Assembly: GCA_002269645.1 (NCBI GenBank)
Contig: NIVC01000475.1
Coordinates: forward strand, 62,001 to 126,000
Source: Macrostomum lignano
Taxonomy: Eukaryota
Length of the DNA: 64,000 nucleotides
Reading direction: 5' to 3'
A model generated the notes under the pieces. That model saw nothing but the letters and a program-made list of their open reading frames with translations, was not told where the DNA came from and made no database searches. Below are positions 1-13,603 of this stretch, piece by piece. Position 1 is the stretch's first letter, and the number at the start of each line of letters is the position of its first letter. Made by a program: the position numbers and the translations under genes.

Positions 1-205
1 CAATGATTTAAGCAACAATAGGTACGAATCTAATCGAACCAGTTCGAAAAAATTATAGTGAGAGCATTATTAGCCATCTCATTCATTATTTAAAAAAATT
101 TAAGTCAGTACAGCAATTTTTTACGGCTATTCAAATTTCGGAAACGAGTGCAATTAACAGGTGAATTCTGGGCAGTTGCACGAAGCCTTCAGCACATCAG
201 CAGTG

Positions 206-3200
206 TCAACTTGGCGGCGCTCTCTTTTGAGCAGTTCCGGATTCTGCAACAATGCAAAAGTGTCAAAAGTGTATTTGAAAATTTATTTGAAAAGTCGCGA
301 AGGACAAAACTAAAGTTTGCTAACTTTGAAACTTTCTTAAAAACATGAGAACGTACTTGGCGGTGTTCTGTGGTTCCACGTAGAGCTGTTGAACAGATCT
401 CTTTCCAACACAATGCTGAGCTCCTCACTCTTCCCTCCGTGGCTGTGAACAACAACCGAATATTTCCGCCGCTCACTGACATTTGCAGATCTCCAATCGG
501 GAGTCTTCACCTGAAGTAGGTGCTGGAAGTCAAACGTGTCAAGAGAATTCCAAAATTTAGCTATTTCTTGGTCTAAACACAAAAGCGCCAGACAGTAACA
601 GCATTAGCTGGTAAATTAAAATGCACAAGAGAGAATTTAATATTACATTCCTTAAGGATGGTACAAACGCTACATCCCCATATACGAGCGTAATAGTCAG
701 GCAAAATTTTCCTTTCTGTACTATTTAGATACGAGCGTAGAAGCTAAGCATATTACCTTTTTAACTTCTTTGACGTCGGCAACGAACTCTGTTCGGTTTC
801 CCGTGGTTTCATTGGTTAATGTGAAATGTACCTTTATGTCTTTCTTCTGAATGCCTGAAATTCAAACAGTGTGCCTCACAACTTTTGCATATATTTAGGG
901 CGATCAATTCTGCCGAAATAACCTTGAAACCGAGCGCACCTGTTGTAGGGGTGGTGGTGTGGATCGCCAGCATGCTTCCGCCTTCCTTTGGCACTTCCGC
1001 TGGGTTCAGACAGTCGACCCGAATAGTCTTATTTTCTTCTGAAAAACGATGAAATGCATTGACTAATGGTAGATTATATATATGGCTTCATTACTTGAGT
1101 AATGATCACAGTCACGAGTGGCGAAGCTTAATAAGCTCACTTAATAGCATAGTTTAATAGCGTTGTTAATGCTCAAACGGAAACGATAGTCTAAAGGATC
1201 AGACCCTTGTACGAGTATATATGGGTTCATAATTCAATAATGATCAGCAGCCACGCTATTAAGTAACGCCAGCGGATTGGTTGATTTAGGAAAAACATTG
1301 GATTACGGGACGTTTAGTTATACCATAGGCTAACGAATAGTGATCAGTGAATAGTGATGGTAGAAAATCAGTCACAAAGTCGAAGAGAGGAATTAGAACT
1401 AGAAAAGTGAAGCAAGAGAAAAACGAAAAGCAAAACTCCTTCAATGAATAGGAAGAATCTGCCAGTGGACAGCCTAAATGGAGTCTCGTCAGCAGAGTTG
1501 GATTTTGTAAGTGAACTGAGTGCCGTGAACCGCGGCTCGGATAGAAATCTTGAAGCTGGATTTTATTGTTTCTGACAAGAAAAGCGTAATTGATTTCCAT
1601 ATTTCAGATTTCAGAGACTGCTGATGAGGCTGCTGCTTGAACTGCGAATTATCGAACTGCATATGCATTAACGTTTAGAAAACTTGTGAACTGTCGAATC
1701 CACCCAGTTGCGACCGCCGTTAGCAACAATTACGATTAGGCTACAACAACAACGGAGCAAATTAAAGAAATCGACACCATAAGTGCGACTGTAATGCATC
1801 AAGCTCAAGTGGATATTATCATATTTTTATATATTATTCATAATATATAATATGCCCTACGTTCATATTATGTTATACGTTCACGTCCATATTACTCGTA
1901 TATGGAAATCAAGGTGGCTTGAAAACTTCATTATGAAGTGCCTTAAAAAGATGTTGTCTATATGACAAGGACCGTTATTGACTGACAGTTCAGAACGAAA
2001 CTGAGACACTCACTCTCACTGACGATCGGGTCGCTGAACACAGTGCTCAGCTGCCATTCTCTATCTAATACATCGATGAATAAGAGCGAGAACGCCAGTC
2101 GAATGCGACCAAAGTTTTTGGTTGTGTATTGAGTTGATAGAGCTGTGGGACCTGAAACAGCGCCAAGTTTGTTTGTAAGCCTTCTTAAATTGGGGAGGGC
2201 TGATTAAGTGCCCCAGGAATAAGCGCGCATGTGTATTTTTTTGCACACGTCTGAATAAGCGCGTGGGGAACAAGCGCGCTCGGAAAAATGTTGGAATAAG
2301 CGAGCTGCGATATATCAAAATACTGTAATAAGCGCGCATCGATATTCCTCGATACAGGAATGAGCGCGCAAAGTTTTGTCAAAATACTGTAATAAGCGCG
2401 CATCCATATTTCTAGGTACAGGAAAGAGCGCGCAACATTTTTTAAAAGTCCTGGAATAAGCGCGCACAGATTTTCGTCCAGGAATTCGTCCTTTACGAAA
2501 AGTTTTGAACCGCGACGGTTTCCTTCTATGCACTCCGTAGCTAGAAGTAACACTGAATAATTTGATCGCAGTGTAATCGGCTTTTAAACGCCGCAATTGA
2601 AAGTGTAAGTCATATCAGGCCCACAACCTGATTTGCACGCTCCATGCGCTGGGCACTGTACATTGCACCCATCTCCCCTGCAGCCAATCAGAAGCCGAGA
2701 GAGCCAACTGTGGCCAGTCAGTCAGATATTGAGGCTAAAGGCCCATGCCCTTTGAAAATTTCAGGCCCCTGCAGTCAGTCAGTTAAAATCATCATTTGCG
2801 CGCTCATTCCGAAAGCGGGTAAAATTTTGGCGCGCTTGTTCCAAGTCATGGGAAAACTCGTGCGCGCTTTTTCCTGTATCGATCAAAAATACTGCGCGCT
2901 TATTCCGGTCTGTGGAAAGTTAACTGCGCGCTTATTCAGGTTTTGGTCCGTTCTCCTGCGCGCTTCTTCCCAATCATGTAAAATATGTGCGAAAATGCGC
3001 GCTTGTTCCTGGCGCGCTTAATCTAGCTACCCTTAAATTGGACTCTTTCATCTTTTCAGTTTATAAGGAAAGTGTGATAACTTTATTTACCGAGGCAGAA
3101 GTGTGGAATTGCAGGAGTGAGAAAAGGTGCTCGCTTGAGAGCTGGGCTGTCAACATTTATTAGTTAGCAATGAGGTGGTGGGTGCAGACAGATTCAATCG

Positions 3201-4388
3201 CGCGCATGGGGTGGAGTTGAATAAAAAACCAAACTCTAAAACTCTAAACTCTAAAACCAAATCTCTAAGCCGGTCAATAACAACCTCCACTGCTAGTGAG
3301 TCAACACTTCAGTGCATGCCACCTATAACAAAGTTCATCGTGTCACTATGTCACAGAAAGTAGCAGTTTTTTTCCTGATCACGAAGAACAAAATGCTCAC
3401 AATCTGAAAGCTGAGGAACATTTCTGCGTCTGGCTTCCATGCCGTCTTTGATGTCTTTCTTAGCCTTCCTGAGGACACAGATGACAGCCAGTCGCTCAAA
3501 CCTGAAGAGTATAATCATGGATTATCACTACTTTAATTCGAGAATAAAAACTCTCACTGTACGATCGAATCTGACAATTAATAAATTAAATATTGTCGCC
3601 AACAAATATTAAATTGACGTTTCATGTCAGCCATGAATGTTTACTCACGCGATCTCCCATTCACCACCAGAATCTCCCAATGCATCAACAGACTTATTCA
3701 GCTGGAAATATCCGTTGCTGCAGTGGTCTCCGTGCAGGTAGTACGGATGAGGAGCCTTCTCCTCGGCGCTCACGGTGCACACAGTCAGCTGCAGCTGCGA
3801 GTGCACAGCTGGGTCGATGCCGCTGACGCGAACTCTCACGAAGCTCTTGTTGCCATCGGTGGAGCTCCTGCCGAGCAGCAGGCCGCCAACTCTGCCGCTG
3901 TCCTCGATCTCCGACTCGTAGCGAAATCGGTAGAACCGAGCCGGCTGCTCCTCGATGGTCAGCGAGGGCGGCTGCAGCTCTTTCAGGCTGAGGATCTGGG
4001 GCTCCTCTTGAAGCAGAAAGTCTCTGCCAAAGTCTCTGGCTTCACTTGCTACGATTTCATTTAGAAGCTAAAATCGCATTGACAATTTCGGAAAGAGTTA
4101 TTTCACAGTGCGAGAGGTGGCAGATACGATGACCTGATCTAACTGGTGCCTTCTTCAAAAAGCGAATGAAGAGAAAAATATCGTGGGAGTAATGTTATTT
4201 CTAGATACGAGCTATTATATATATTTATAGCATAAAAACTGGGTTTCGAGCTGCGAGCTCACCGCTTGCGTGCTTGCAGCCGTAATCATTGGGTTCCGGT
4301 CAGGCTCATGAGGCAACGGATACCTAGTATTGCCACCTGCCGACTCATGCTGCCCCTGAGCTGGCGAATGAAGGAGCAGCCCTTGCAT
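206..4388 (-). CDS. Rel/NF-kB-like gene copy 1 (RHD + IPT + NLS-like tail, ~390 aa, 8 coding exons)
   Basis: Manual exons about 4388-4263, 4069-3647, 3502-3405, 2151-2014, 1038-940, 854-757, 522-357, 243-206, all GT-AG with consistent phases. Motifs LTIEEQPARFYRFRYESE, PHPYYLHGDHCSNG, FERLAVICV, RIRLAF, FSDPI, LNPAEVPKEGG, IQKKDIKVHF, HLLQVKTP match Rel RHD and IPT blocks; ends SGTAQKRAPPS*. Confidence 0.85.
1068..1970. mobile_element. ~0.9 kb intronic insertion in Rel copies 1 and 2 (absent from copy 3), containing a possible LINE 3' fragment
   Basis: The homologous intron in copy 3 (about 19025-19095) is only ~70 bp and aligns to both flanks. Minus-strand ORF 1286-1600 ends in a tail-like sequence. 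Family not identifiable. Confidence 0.4.
2192..3032. mobile_element. Non-autonomous foldback/MITE-like DNA transposon
   Basis: Absent at the homologous site in copy 2 (about 9255). Flanked by direct repeat CTTAAATTG(G). Imperfect TIRs GG..GCTGATTAAG / CTTAATCTAGCTACC. Many AATAAGCGCGC repeats in the left arm, inverted (GCGCGCTTATT) in the right arm. Confidence 0.8.
3073..3355. mobile_element. Solo LTR (283 bp)
   Basis: TGTGATA...TGTCACA termini, 5-bp TSD GAAAG (3068-3072 and 3356-3360), absent from the copy 2 intron. Confidence 0.8.
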
Positions 4389-4689
4389 TGTGACCTGTAA
4401 AGTTATCCAGGCAGAATGTTAAAAATGTAGGGCTCATTTTTCTTGGTAAAAGAACTGCTGACATAGAGGAATTTTCCGCTGCTTCTACGTCAGCGCATCG
4501 ACACCCAAAATGCAGCGTTGATGTTATCCGGCACCTAAAGCGCAGAGTACTTGAAGTCTGAACTCCGGAAGCTCGAATCCCTAACCTATTCTCCGCAAGC
4601 GCACGGTGCAGACGGTGAAGCGCGCACTCAAAGCCTGGAACATCACATACTAGTATTAAAGCTGATTTCATCCCATACTTGTTTAGGAT

Positions 4690-5457
4690 TCTCTTCCATT
4701 ATCGCATATCATCAACATCAACATCCCATGTGGCAAGAGTTACGGCGAACGGGCATTTGGCAGACAGCTGCGACTCCCAGTCGTCTCATAATATAAGCAA
4801 GGAGAGAAGGTCTTGTATCAAACTATTAGCTCGAAATTTCCCAATCAGATTGATTTACTCATGAACCAAGGCCGCAACACCGCTCAGGTCCTCGATGGCG
4901 AATCGCTACGCCTAGTAATCACCCACCAGCTCCCCCCATTTCCATTGCAGGATGAGGATGATGGAATTGAAGTCGAGCCACACCGTGGACTGGAAAACGA
5001 AACAGATGCTAGTGATTCTCGTGATCAGGAACCAGTTGCGGTTGCGCAACCACCGCGACGTAGCAGCCGACAGAAGAGAGCCCCCACTCGCTTTCTTGAT
5101 TCCTGAAGGTGCTTAACTACTGTCGACTGTCTGTCTACTCTCCCAAATGCGATACCAGCATCCTCCCCTCTGATGAGTTCCTACTGTTGTTTTTAGCATG
5201 CCTCAATATTCTAGTTCACAGGCTTGTTATCGAAGGGGAGATATTTCAGCCGTAAGGGACTACGATCTGCTCGAACGTCTATTGGCACAAGTTGGGGCTG
5301 CGTCTCGTTTAGGCTTTATATTCGTATATTGAACTAGCAGCCTCTATCCCGTGCCTATTTTGAATTATTTTCTGATTAGAATGCCATGCCAGACAAATAA
5401 ATGTACGATCGAGCTCGCATTTTCTTAAGTTTGCTAACTCAATTAGCTGTCACAACA
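4690..5457 (+). mobile_element. Degenerate Gypsy 3' remnant (integrase tail, PPT, 3' LTR about 5242-5457)
   Basis: Frame-broken integrase C-terminal motifs (LFHYR, GKSYGERAFGRQLR, PRRSSRQKRAPTRF*), purine tract GAAGGGGAGA, LTR-like TATTTCAG...AATAAA...CACAACA. Confidence 0.6.
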
Positions 5458-6183
5458 GGTCCTAAATTTGACCCAGCTTTGCTACTAGAGATGAGAAGAG
5501 CTACAGCTATAAAAGTTCCTATTTAAAATGCCCGTCTTTTTCGTCAGTTCTAAATATAGCCTATGGTACACTCCGTGGAAATTCCATGGGCATACCGTGG
5601 CAAAAACCGTCCAAAACAAGGTACTAAGCGAATTGCGAAACCAAACTGAACATAAATTATCTGAGTTTTAATGTTTTCATCGAATCGATATTGGCGATTA
5701 GTGGGTAAAATAAATTAAATTTTAGTTCCACACTAATTTCCGTCAAGAAGCTGAGACAGCATTTTAGTTTTTTTCAATTAGAATTCATTTTGACAGAAAA
5801 AATTACTGCTGAAAGTATCGTGTATGAAGTAGTGTAAGTACAATATATAAGTAATATAAAGTACAGTAAGGAAGTGACTTACAAATTTCCTTTCGAGCAA
5901 AATTTTATCAATCAGATCGAGATCGATGCTTTTCTTTCTCAACTCACTTTTATTGATAAAGCGATGAAACGCCACAATCAGTAACTGCTTTTACATTCTG
6001 AGACGTACATTGTATAGTTATAGTTAGTCAAGGCATTTCCATGGACAGTCTGCGGGAAAACCTCGGCATTCCCCTGGAAAGAACGTATACACTCGTAGAT
6101 TTTGCTCGTGAGGTATGTTTATTAGATCTGACTAGAGTAACGAAACCTAACTATATTTATCACTATTATTAGGATCTGTCCCT

Positions 6184-6700
6184 GCATCACCATCAGCATC
6201 ACCATTGGTATTTCCATCAGCATCACCATTGGGATTTCCATTGGGAATTCCATCAGCATCACCATTGGGATTTCCATCAGCATCACCATTGGGATTTCCA
6301 TCAGCATCACCATTGGGATTTCCATCAGCATCACCATTGGGATTTCCATCAGCATCACCATCTGGATTAACCCAGCATCACCACTAGGATTAACCCAGCA
6401 TCACCACTGGATTAACCCAGCATCACCACTGGGATTAACCCAGCATCACCACTAGGATTAACCCAGCATCACCACTGGGATTAACCCAGCATCACCACTA
6501 GGATTAACCCAGCATCACCACTGGGATTAACCCAGCATCACCACTAGGATTAACCCAGCATCACCACTGGGATTAACCCAGCATCACCACTAGGATTAAC
6601 CCAGCATCACCACTGGGATTAACCCAGCATCACCACTAGGATTAACCCAGCATCACCACTAGGATTAACCCAGCATCACCACTGGGATTAAAGTATCATC
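6184..6700. repeat. Compound minisatellite: 24-bp CATCAGCATCACCATTGGGATTTC block, then 21-22 bp GGATTAACCCAGCATCACCACT block
   Basis: Direct tandem repeats; source of spurious MEIPMVML-type ORFs. Confidence 0.95.
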
Positions 6701-7302
6701 ACCATTTAGATTAACATAGCAGATGATAAAAGGAAGATTTAAAAAAATAATCACAGGCCAGGTAAACCGGTTGACAAGCGGAACTAAGGCAGTTTTTCAT
6801 CATTTAAACTTTTAAATGGTAGCGACTGCACAACACAAGATAAAAATTCTGATGAACATTTTTGAAAGAAATTCTGGATCAAAGTTTTGCAACACGTATT
6901 CGTAATTAGGCCAATCTTACAATGGCTTGATATTTCGTGACAGGACTTTCTCTAGAAATCGGTTAAGTGCCACAGTCGAACGCACGATGGTCAACTTTAT
7001 ACGATCAAATTTATGCACGAGCCATTGATACCCGACTCATGCAGAATGACTCATGTAGAAAAGTTTTAGGCAGAAGAAAAACAGCTCAAAGATTTTTAGG
7101 ACAATAAGTTCGATTCTAATCTAACCAGTGCAAAATAATATTATAGTGAGAATATTTAAAGCCAGCTTATTAATTATTTTAAAACAAAAATTTTCAAGGC
7201 TAAAATTCTACTGAGAATCAAAACAATTTTTAGAAGCTAATTTCGAGTGCAATTTACTGGTAACTTCTGGGCAGTTGGAAAAGCTTCAGCACATCAGCAG
7301 TG

Positions 7303-10300
7303 TCAGCTTGGCCGCGCTCTCTTCACAGCAGTTCCGGATTCTGCAACAATCCAAAATAGTATTTGAAAAGTAATTTTAAAACTGGCGAAGGATAAAGCAA
7401 AAGTTTGCTAACTTTAAAACTTTATCAAATGCAGAAGAACCTACGTGGAATCATTCCGGGGTTCCACTTAGAGCTTAGAAACAGAATGTTGAGCTCCTGA
7501 CTCTTCCATCCGTGGCTGTGAACAACAACCAAACATTTCTGCCGCTCACTGACATTTGCAGATCTCAAATCGGGAGTCTTCACCTGAAGTAGGTGCTGGA
7601 AGTCAAACGTGTCAAGAGAATTCCAAAATTTAGCTATTTCTGAGTCTAAACACAAAAGCGCCAGACAGTAACAGCATTAGCTGGTAAATTAAAATGCACA
7701 AGAGAGAATTTAATATTACATTCCTTAAGGATGGTACAAACGCTACATCCCCATATACGAGCGTAAAAGTCAGGCAAAATTCTCCTTTCTGTACTATTTA
7801 GATACGAGCGTAGAAGCTAAGCATATTACCTTTTTAACTTCTTTGACGTCGGCAACGAACTCTGTTCGGTTTCCCGTGGTTTCATTGGTGAATGTGAAAT
7901 GTACCTTTATGTCTTTCTTCTGAATGCCTGAAATTCAAACAGTGTGCCTCACAACTTTTGCATATATTTAGGGCGATCAATTCTGCCGAAATAACCTTGA
8001 AACCGAGCGCACCTGTTGTAGGGGTGGTGGTGTGGATCGCCAGCATGCTTCCGCCCTCCTTTGGCACTTCCGCTGGGTTCAGACAGTCGACCCGAATAGT
8101 TTTATTTTCTTCTGAAAAACGATGAAATGCATTGACTAATGGTAGATTATATATATGGCTTCATTACTTGAGTAATGATCACAGTCACGAGAGGCGAAGC
8201 TTAATAAGCTCACTAAATAGCATAACTTATTAACGTTTGTTAATGCTCAAACGGAAAGGATAATCATCTATATGACCATGCACTTGTGTATATGGGTTCA
8301 TAATTGAATAATAATCAGCAGCCACGCTATTAAGTAACGCCGATGCTTCTTTGTACCATAGACAAATTGTTTACTGCCAGCGGATTGGTTGATTTAGGAA
8401 AAACATTGGATTACGGGACGTTTAGTTATACCATAGGCTAACGAATAGTGATCAGTGAATAGTGATGATAGAAAATCAGTCACAAAGTCGAAGGGAGGAA
8501 AGAAATAGAAAATAGAAGCAAAAGAAAAGCGAAAAGCAAAATGCCTTCAACGAACTGGAAGAATCTGCCAGTGGACAGCCTAGATGAAGTCTCGTCAACA
8601 GAGTTGGATTTTGCAAATGAACCGAGTGCCGTGAACCACGGCTCGGATAGAAATCTTGAAGCTAGATTTTTTTGTTTCTGACAAAGTTCGAGACTGCTGA
8701 TGAGGCTGCTGCTTGAACTGCGAATTATCGAACTGCATATGCATTAACGTTTAGAAAACTTGTGAACTGTCGCATCTACCCAGTTGCGACCGCCGTTAGC
8801 AACAATTACGATTAGGCTACGACAACAACGGAGCAAATGAAAGAAGTGGACACCACAAGTGCGACTGTAATGCATCAAGCTCAAGTGGATTTTATCATAT
8901 TTTTATATATTACTTATAATATATTATATGGCCTACGTTCATATTATGTTATACGTTCACGTCCATAGTATATGGAAATCGAGGTGGCTTGAAAACTTCA
9001 TTATGAAGTGCCTTAAAAAGATGTGGTCTATATGACAAGGACCATTATTAACTGACAGTTCAGAACGAAACTGAGACACTCACTCTCACTGACGATCTCG
9101 TCGCTGAACACAGTGCTCAGCTGCCCCACTCTACCGAAGATATCGCTGAATGAGAGCGAGAACGCCAGTCGAATGCAACCAAAGTTTTTGGTTGTGTATT
9201 GAGTTGACGGAGCTGTGGGACCTGAAACAGCGCCAAGTTCGTTTGTAAGCCTTCTTAAATTGGACTCCAACAGCAAAAACGAGGCTTCCATCTTTTCAGT
9301 TTATAAGGAAAGTAGCAGTTTTTGTAAAGGATCACGAAGAACAAAATGCTCACAATTTGGAAGCTGAGGAACATTTCTGCGTCTGGCTTCCATGCCGTCT
9401 TCGATGTCTTTCTTAGTCTTCTTTAGGACGCAGATGACAGCCAGTCTCTCAAAGCTGAAGAGTCAATCATGTATTATCACTACTTTAATTCGAAAATAAA
9501 ACTCTCACTGTACCATCAAATCTGACAATTAATAAATTAAATATTGTCGCCGAAAAAAATTGAACTGACCTTTCATGTGTCAGCCATGAATTTTTACTCA
9601 CGTGATCTCCCATTCACCACCAGAATCTCTCAATGGATCAAAAAACTTCTTCAGCTGGAAATATCCGTTGCTGCAGTGGTCTCCGTGCAGGTAGTACGGA
9701 TGAGGAGCCTTCTCCTCGGCGCTCACGGTGCACACAGTCAGCTGCAGCTGCGAGTGCACAGCTGGGTCGATGCCGCTGACGCGAACTCTCACGAAGCTCT
9801 TGTTGCCATCGGTGGAGCTCCTGCCGAGCAGCAGGCCGCCAACTCTGCTGCTGTTCTTCTCGATCTCCGACTCGTAGCGAAATCGGTAGAACCGAGCCGG
9901 CTGCTCCTCGATGGTCAGCGAGGGCGGCTGCGGCTCTTTCAGGCTGAAGAGCTGGGGATCGGCTTGAAGCAGAAAGTCTCTGCCAATCACCTGAGTTTCG
10001 TCTGAAGCTGTTACAGATCCAGAATATTCGAAGTACTCGGCTTCACTTGCTACGATTTCATTTAGAAGCTAAAATCGCATTGACAATTTCGGAAAGAGTT
10101 ATTTCACAGAGCGAGAGGTGCAGATAAGATGACTTGATCTAACTGGTGCCTTCTTCAAAAAGCTAATGAAGACAAAAATATCGTGGGAGTAATGTTACAA
10201 AATCCGATCGCACTCGTAGTTACTTCTAGATATTGTATCTATTTTAGCTAAAAACTGGGTTTAGAGTCGTGTGCTCACCGCTTGCGTGCTTGTAGCCGCA

Positions 10301-10404
10301 ATCATTGGGTTCCGGTCAGGCTCATGAGGCAACGGATACTTAGCGCTGCCACCTGCCGACTCATGCTGCCCCTGAGCTGGCGAATGAAGGAGCAGCCCTT
10401 GCAT
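7303..10404 (-). CDS. Rel/NF-kB-like gene copy 2
   Basis: Same exon structure as copy 1. ORFs 9598-9990, 9028-9291, 7882-8067 and 7425-7655 contain the exons. Ends SGTAVKRARPS*. In-frame indels relative to copies 1 and 3. Confidence 0.85.
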
Positions 10405-10705
10405 TGTGACCTGTAAAGTTATCCAGGTAGAATGTTAAAAATGTAGGGCTCATTTTTCTTGGTAAAAGAACTGCTGACATAGAGGAATTTTCCGCTGCTT
10501 CTACGTCAGCGCATCGACACCCAAAATGCAGCGTTGATGTTATCCGGCACCTAAAGCGCAGAGTACTTGAAGTCTGAACTCCGGAAGCTCGAATCCCTAA
10601 CCTATTCTCCGCAAGCGCACGGTGCAGACGGTGAAGCGCGCACTCAAAGCCTGGAACATCACATACTAGTATTAAAGCTGATTTTATCCAATACTTGTTA
10701 AGGAT

Positions 10706-11473
10706 TCTCTTCCATTATCGCATATCATCAACATCAACATCCCATGTGGCAAGAGTTACGGCGAACGGGCATTTGGCAGACAGCTGCGACTCCCAGTCGT
10801 CTCATAATATAAGCAAGGAGAGAAGGTCTTGTATCAAACTATTAGCTCGAAATTTCCCAATCAGATTGATTTACTCATGAACCAAGGCCGCAACACCGCT
10901 CAGGTCCTCGATGGCGAATCGCTACGCCTAGTAATCACCCACCAGCTCCCCCCATTTCCATTGCAGGATGAGGATGATGGAATTGAAGTCGAGCCACACC
11001 GTGGACTGGAAAACGAAACAGATGCTAGTGATTCTCGTGATCAGGAACCAGTTGCGGTTGCGCAACCACCGCGACGTAGCAGCCGACAGAAGAGAGCCCC
11101 CACTCGCTTTCTTGATTCCTGAAGGTGCTTAACTACTGTCGACTGTCTGTCTACTCTCCCAAATGCGATACCAGCATCCTCCCCTCTGATGAGTTCCTAC
11201 TGTTGTTTTTAGCATGCCTCAATATTCTAGTTCACAGGCTTGTTATCGAAGGGGAGATATTTCAGCCGTAAGGGACTACGATCTGCTCGAACGTCTATTG
11301 GCACAAGTTGGGGCTGCGTCTCGTTTAGGCTTTATATTCGTATATTGAACTAGCAGCCTCTATCCCGTGCCTATTTTGAATTATTTTCTGATTAGAATGC
11401 CATGCCAGACAAATAAATGTACGATCGAGCTCGCATTTTCTTAAGTTTGCTAACTCAATTAGCTGTCACAACA
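10706..11473 (+). mobile_element. Duplicate of the Gypsy 3' remnant (LTR 11258-11473)
   Basis: Near-identical to 4690-5457 at an offset of 6016 bp. Confidence 0.6.
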
Positions 11474-12196
11474 GGTCCTAAATTTGACCCAGCTTTGCTA
11501 CTAGAGATGAGAAGAGCTACAGCTATAAAAGTTCCTATTTAAAATGCCCGTCTTTTTCGTCAGTTCTAAATATAGCCTATGGTACACTCCGTGGAAATTC
11601 CATGGGCATACCGTGGCAAAAACCGTCCAAAACAAGGTACTAAGCGAATTGCGAAACCAAACTGAACATAAATTATCTGAGTTTTAATGTTTTCATCGAA
11701 TCGATATTGGCGATTAGTGGGTAAAATAAATTAAATTTTAGTTCCACACTAATTTCCGTCAAGAAGCTGAGACAGCATTTTAGTTTTTTTCAATTAGAAT
11801 TCATTTTGACAGAAAAAATTACTGCTGAAAGTATCGTGTATGAAGTAGTGTAAGTACAATATATAAGTAATATAAAGTACAGTAAGGAAGTGACTTACAA
11901 ATTTCCTTTCGAGCAAAATTTTATCAATCAGATCGAGATCGATGCTTTTCTTTCTCAACTCACTTTTATTGATAAAGCGATGAAACGCCACAATCAGTAA
12001 CTGCTTTTACATTCTGAGACGTACATTGTATAGTTATAGTTAGTCAAGGCATTTCCATGGACAGTCTGCGGGAAAACCTCGGCATTCCCCTGGAAAGAAC
12101 GTATACACTCGTAGATTTTGCTCGTGAGGTATGTTTATTAGATCTGACTAGAGTAACGAAACCTAACTATATTTATCACTATTATTAGGATCTGTC

Positions 12197-13000
12197 CCTG
12201 CATCACCATCAGCATCACCATTGGTATTTCCATCAGCATCACCATTGGGATTTCCATTGGGAATTCCATCAGCATCACCATTGGGATTTCCATCAGCATC
12301 ACCATTGGGATTTCCATTGGGAATTCCATCAGCATCACCATTGGGATTTCCATCAGCATCACCATTGGGATTTCCATTGGGAATTCCATCAGCATCACCA
12401 TTGGGATTTCCATCAGCATCTCCATTGGGATTTCCATTGGGAATTCCATCAGCATCACCATTGGGATTTCCATCAGCATCACCATTGGGATTTCCATTGG
12501 GAATTCCATCAGCATCACCATTGGGATTTCCATCAGCATCACCATTGGGATTTCCATCAGCATCACCATCTGGATTAACCCAGCATCACCACTAGGATTA
12601 ACCCAGCATCACCACTGGGATTAACCCAGCATCACCACTGGGATTAACCCAGCATCACCACTAGGATTAACCCAGCATCACCACTGGGATTAACCCAGCA
12701 TCACCACTGGGATTAACCCAGCATCACCACTGGGATTAACCCAGCATCACCACTAGGATTAACCCAGCATCACCACTGGGATTAACCCAGCATCACCACT
12801 AGGATTAACCCAGCATCACCACTGGGATTAACCCAGCATCACCACTGGGATTAACCCAGCATCACCACTGGGATTAACCCAGCATCACCACTAGGATTAA
12901 CCCAGCATCACCACTGGGATTAACCCAGCATCACCACTGGGATTAACCCAGCATCACCACTAGGATTAACCCAGCATCACCACTGGGATTAAAGTATCAT
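12197..13000. repeat. Expanded copy of the compound minisatellite with a 60-bp higher-order unit x5
   Basis: Lines 12241-12540 repeat with 60-bp period, followed by the 22-bp block. Confidence 0.95.
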
Positions 13001-13603
13001 CACCATTTAGATTAACATAGCAGATGATAAAAGGAAGATTTGAAAAAATAATCACAGGCCAGGTAAACCGGTTGACAAGCGGAACTAAGGCAGTTTTTCA
13101 TCATTTAAACTTTTAAATGGTAGCGACTGCACAACACAAGATAAAAATTCTGATGAACATTTTTGAAAGAAATTCTGGATCAAAGTTTTGCAACACGTAT
13201 TCGTAATTAGGCCAATCTTACAATGGCTTGATATTTCGTGACAGGACTTTCTCTAGAAATCGGTTAAGTGCCACAGTCGAACGCACGATGGTCAACTTTA
13301 TACGATCAAATTTATGCACGAGCCATTGATACCCGACTCATGCAGAATGACTCATGTAGAAAAGTTTTAGGCAGAAGAAAAACAGCTCAAAGATTTTTAG
13401 GACAATAAGTTCGATTCTAATCTAACCAGTGCAAAATAATATTATAGTGAGAATATTTAAAGCCAGCTTATTAATTATTTTAAAACAAAAATTTTCAAGG
13501 CTAAAATTCTACTGAGAATCAAAACAATTTTTAGAAGCTAATTTCGAGTGCAATTTACTGGTAACTTCTGGGCAGTTGGAAAAGCTTCAGCACATCAGCA
13601 GTG

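Noticed and set aside
2061-3032. Initial idea that the MITE disrupts a Rel exon
   Set aside because: Phase analysis places the acceptor at 2152-2153 (TTTCAG|GT), so the insertion is intronic.
5778-5990. Possible minus-strand exon LLIVAFHRF...ERKF with AG/GT ends (also at 11794)
   Set aside because: No in-phase neighbouring exons or recognisable domain could be established.
6184-13000. Regular repeats resembling CRISPR arrays
   Set aside because: No unique spacers, no cas genes, eukaryotic context.
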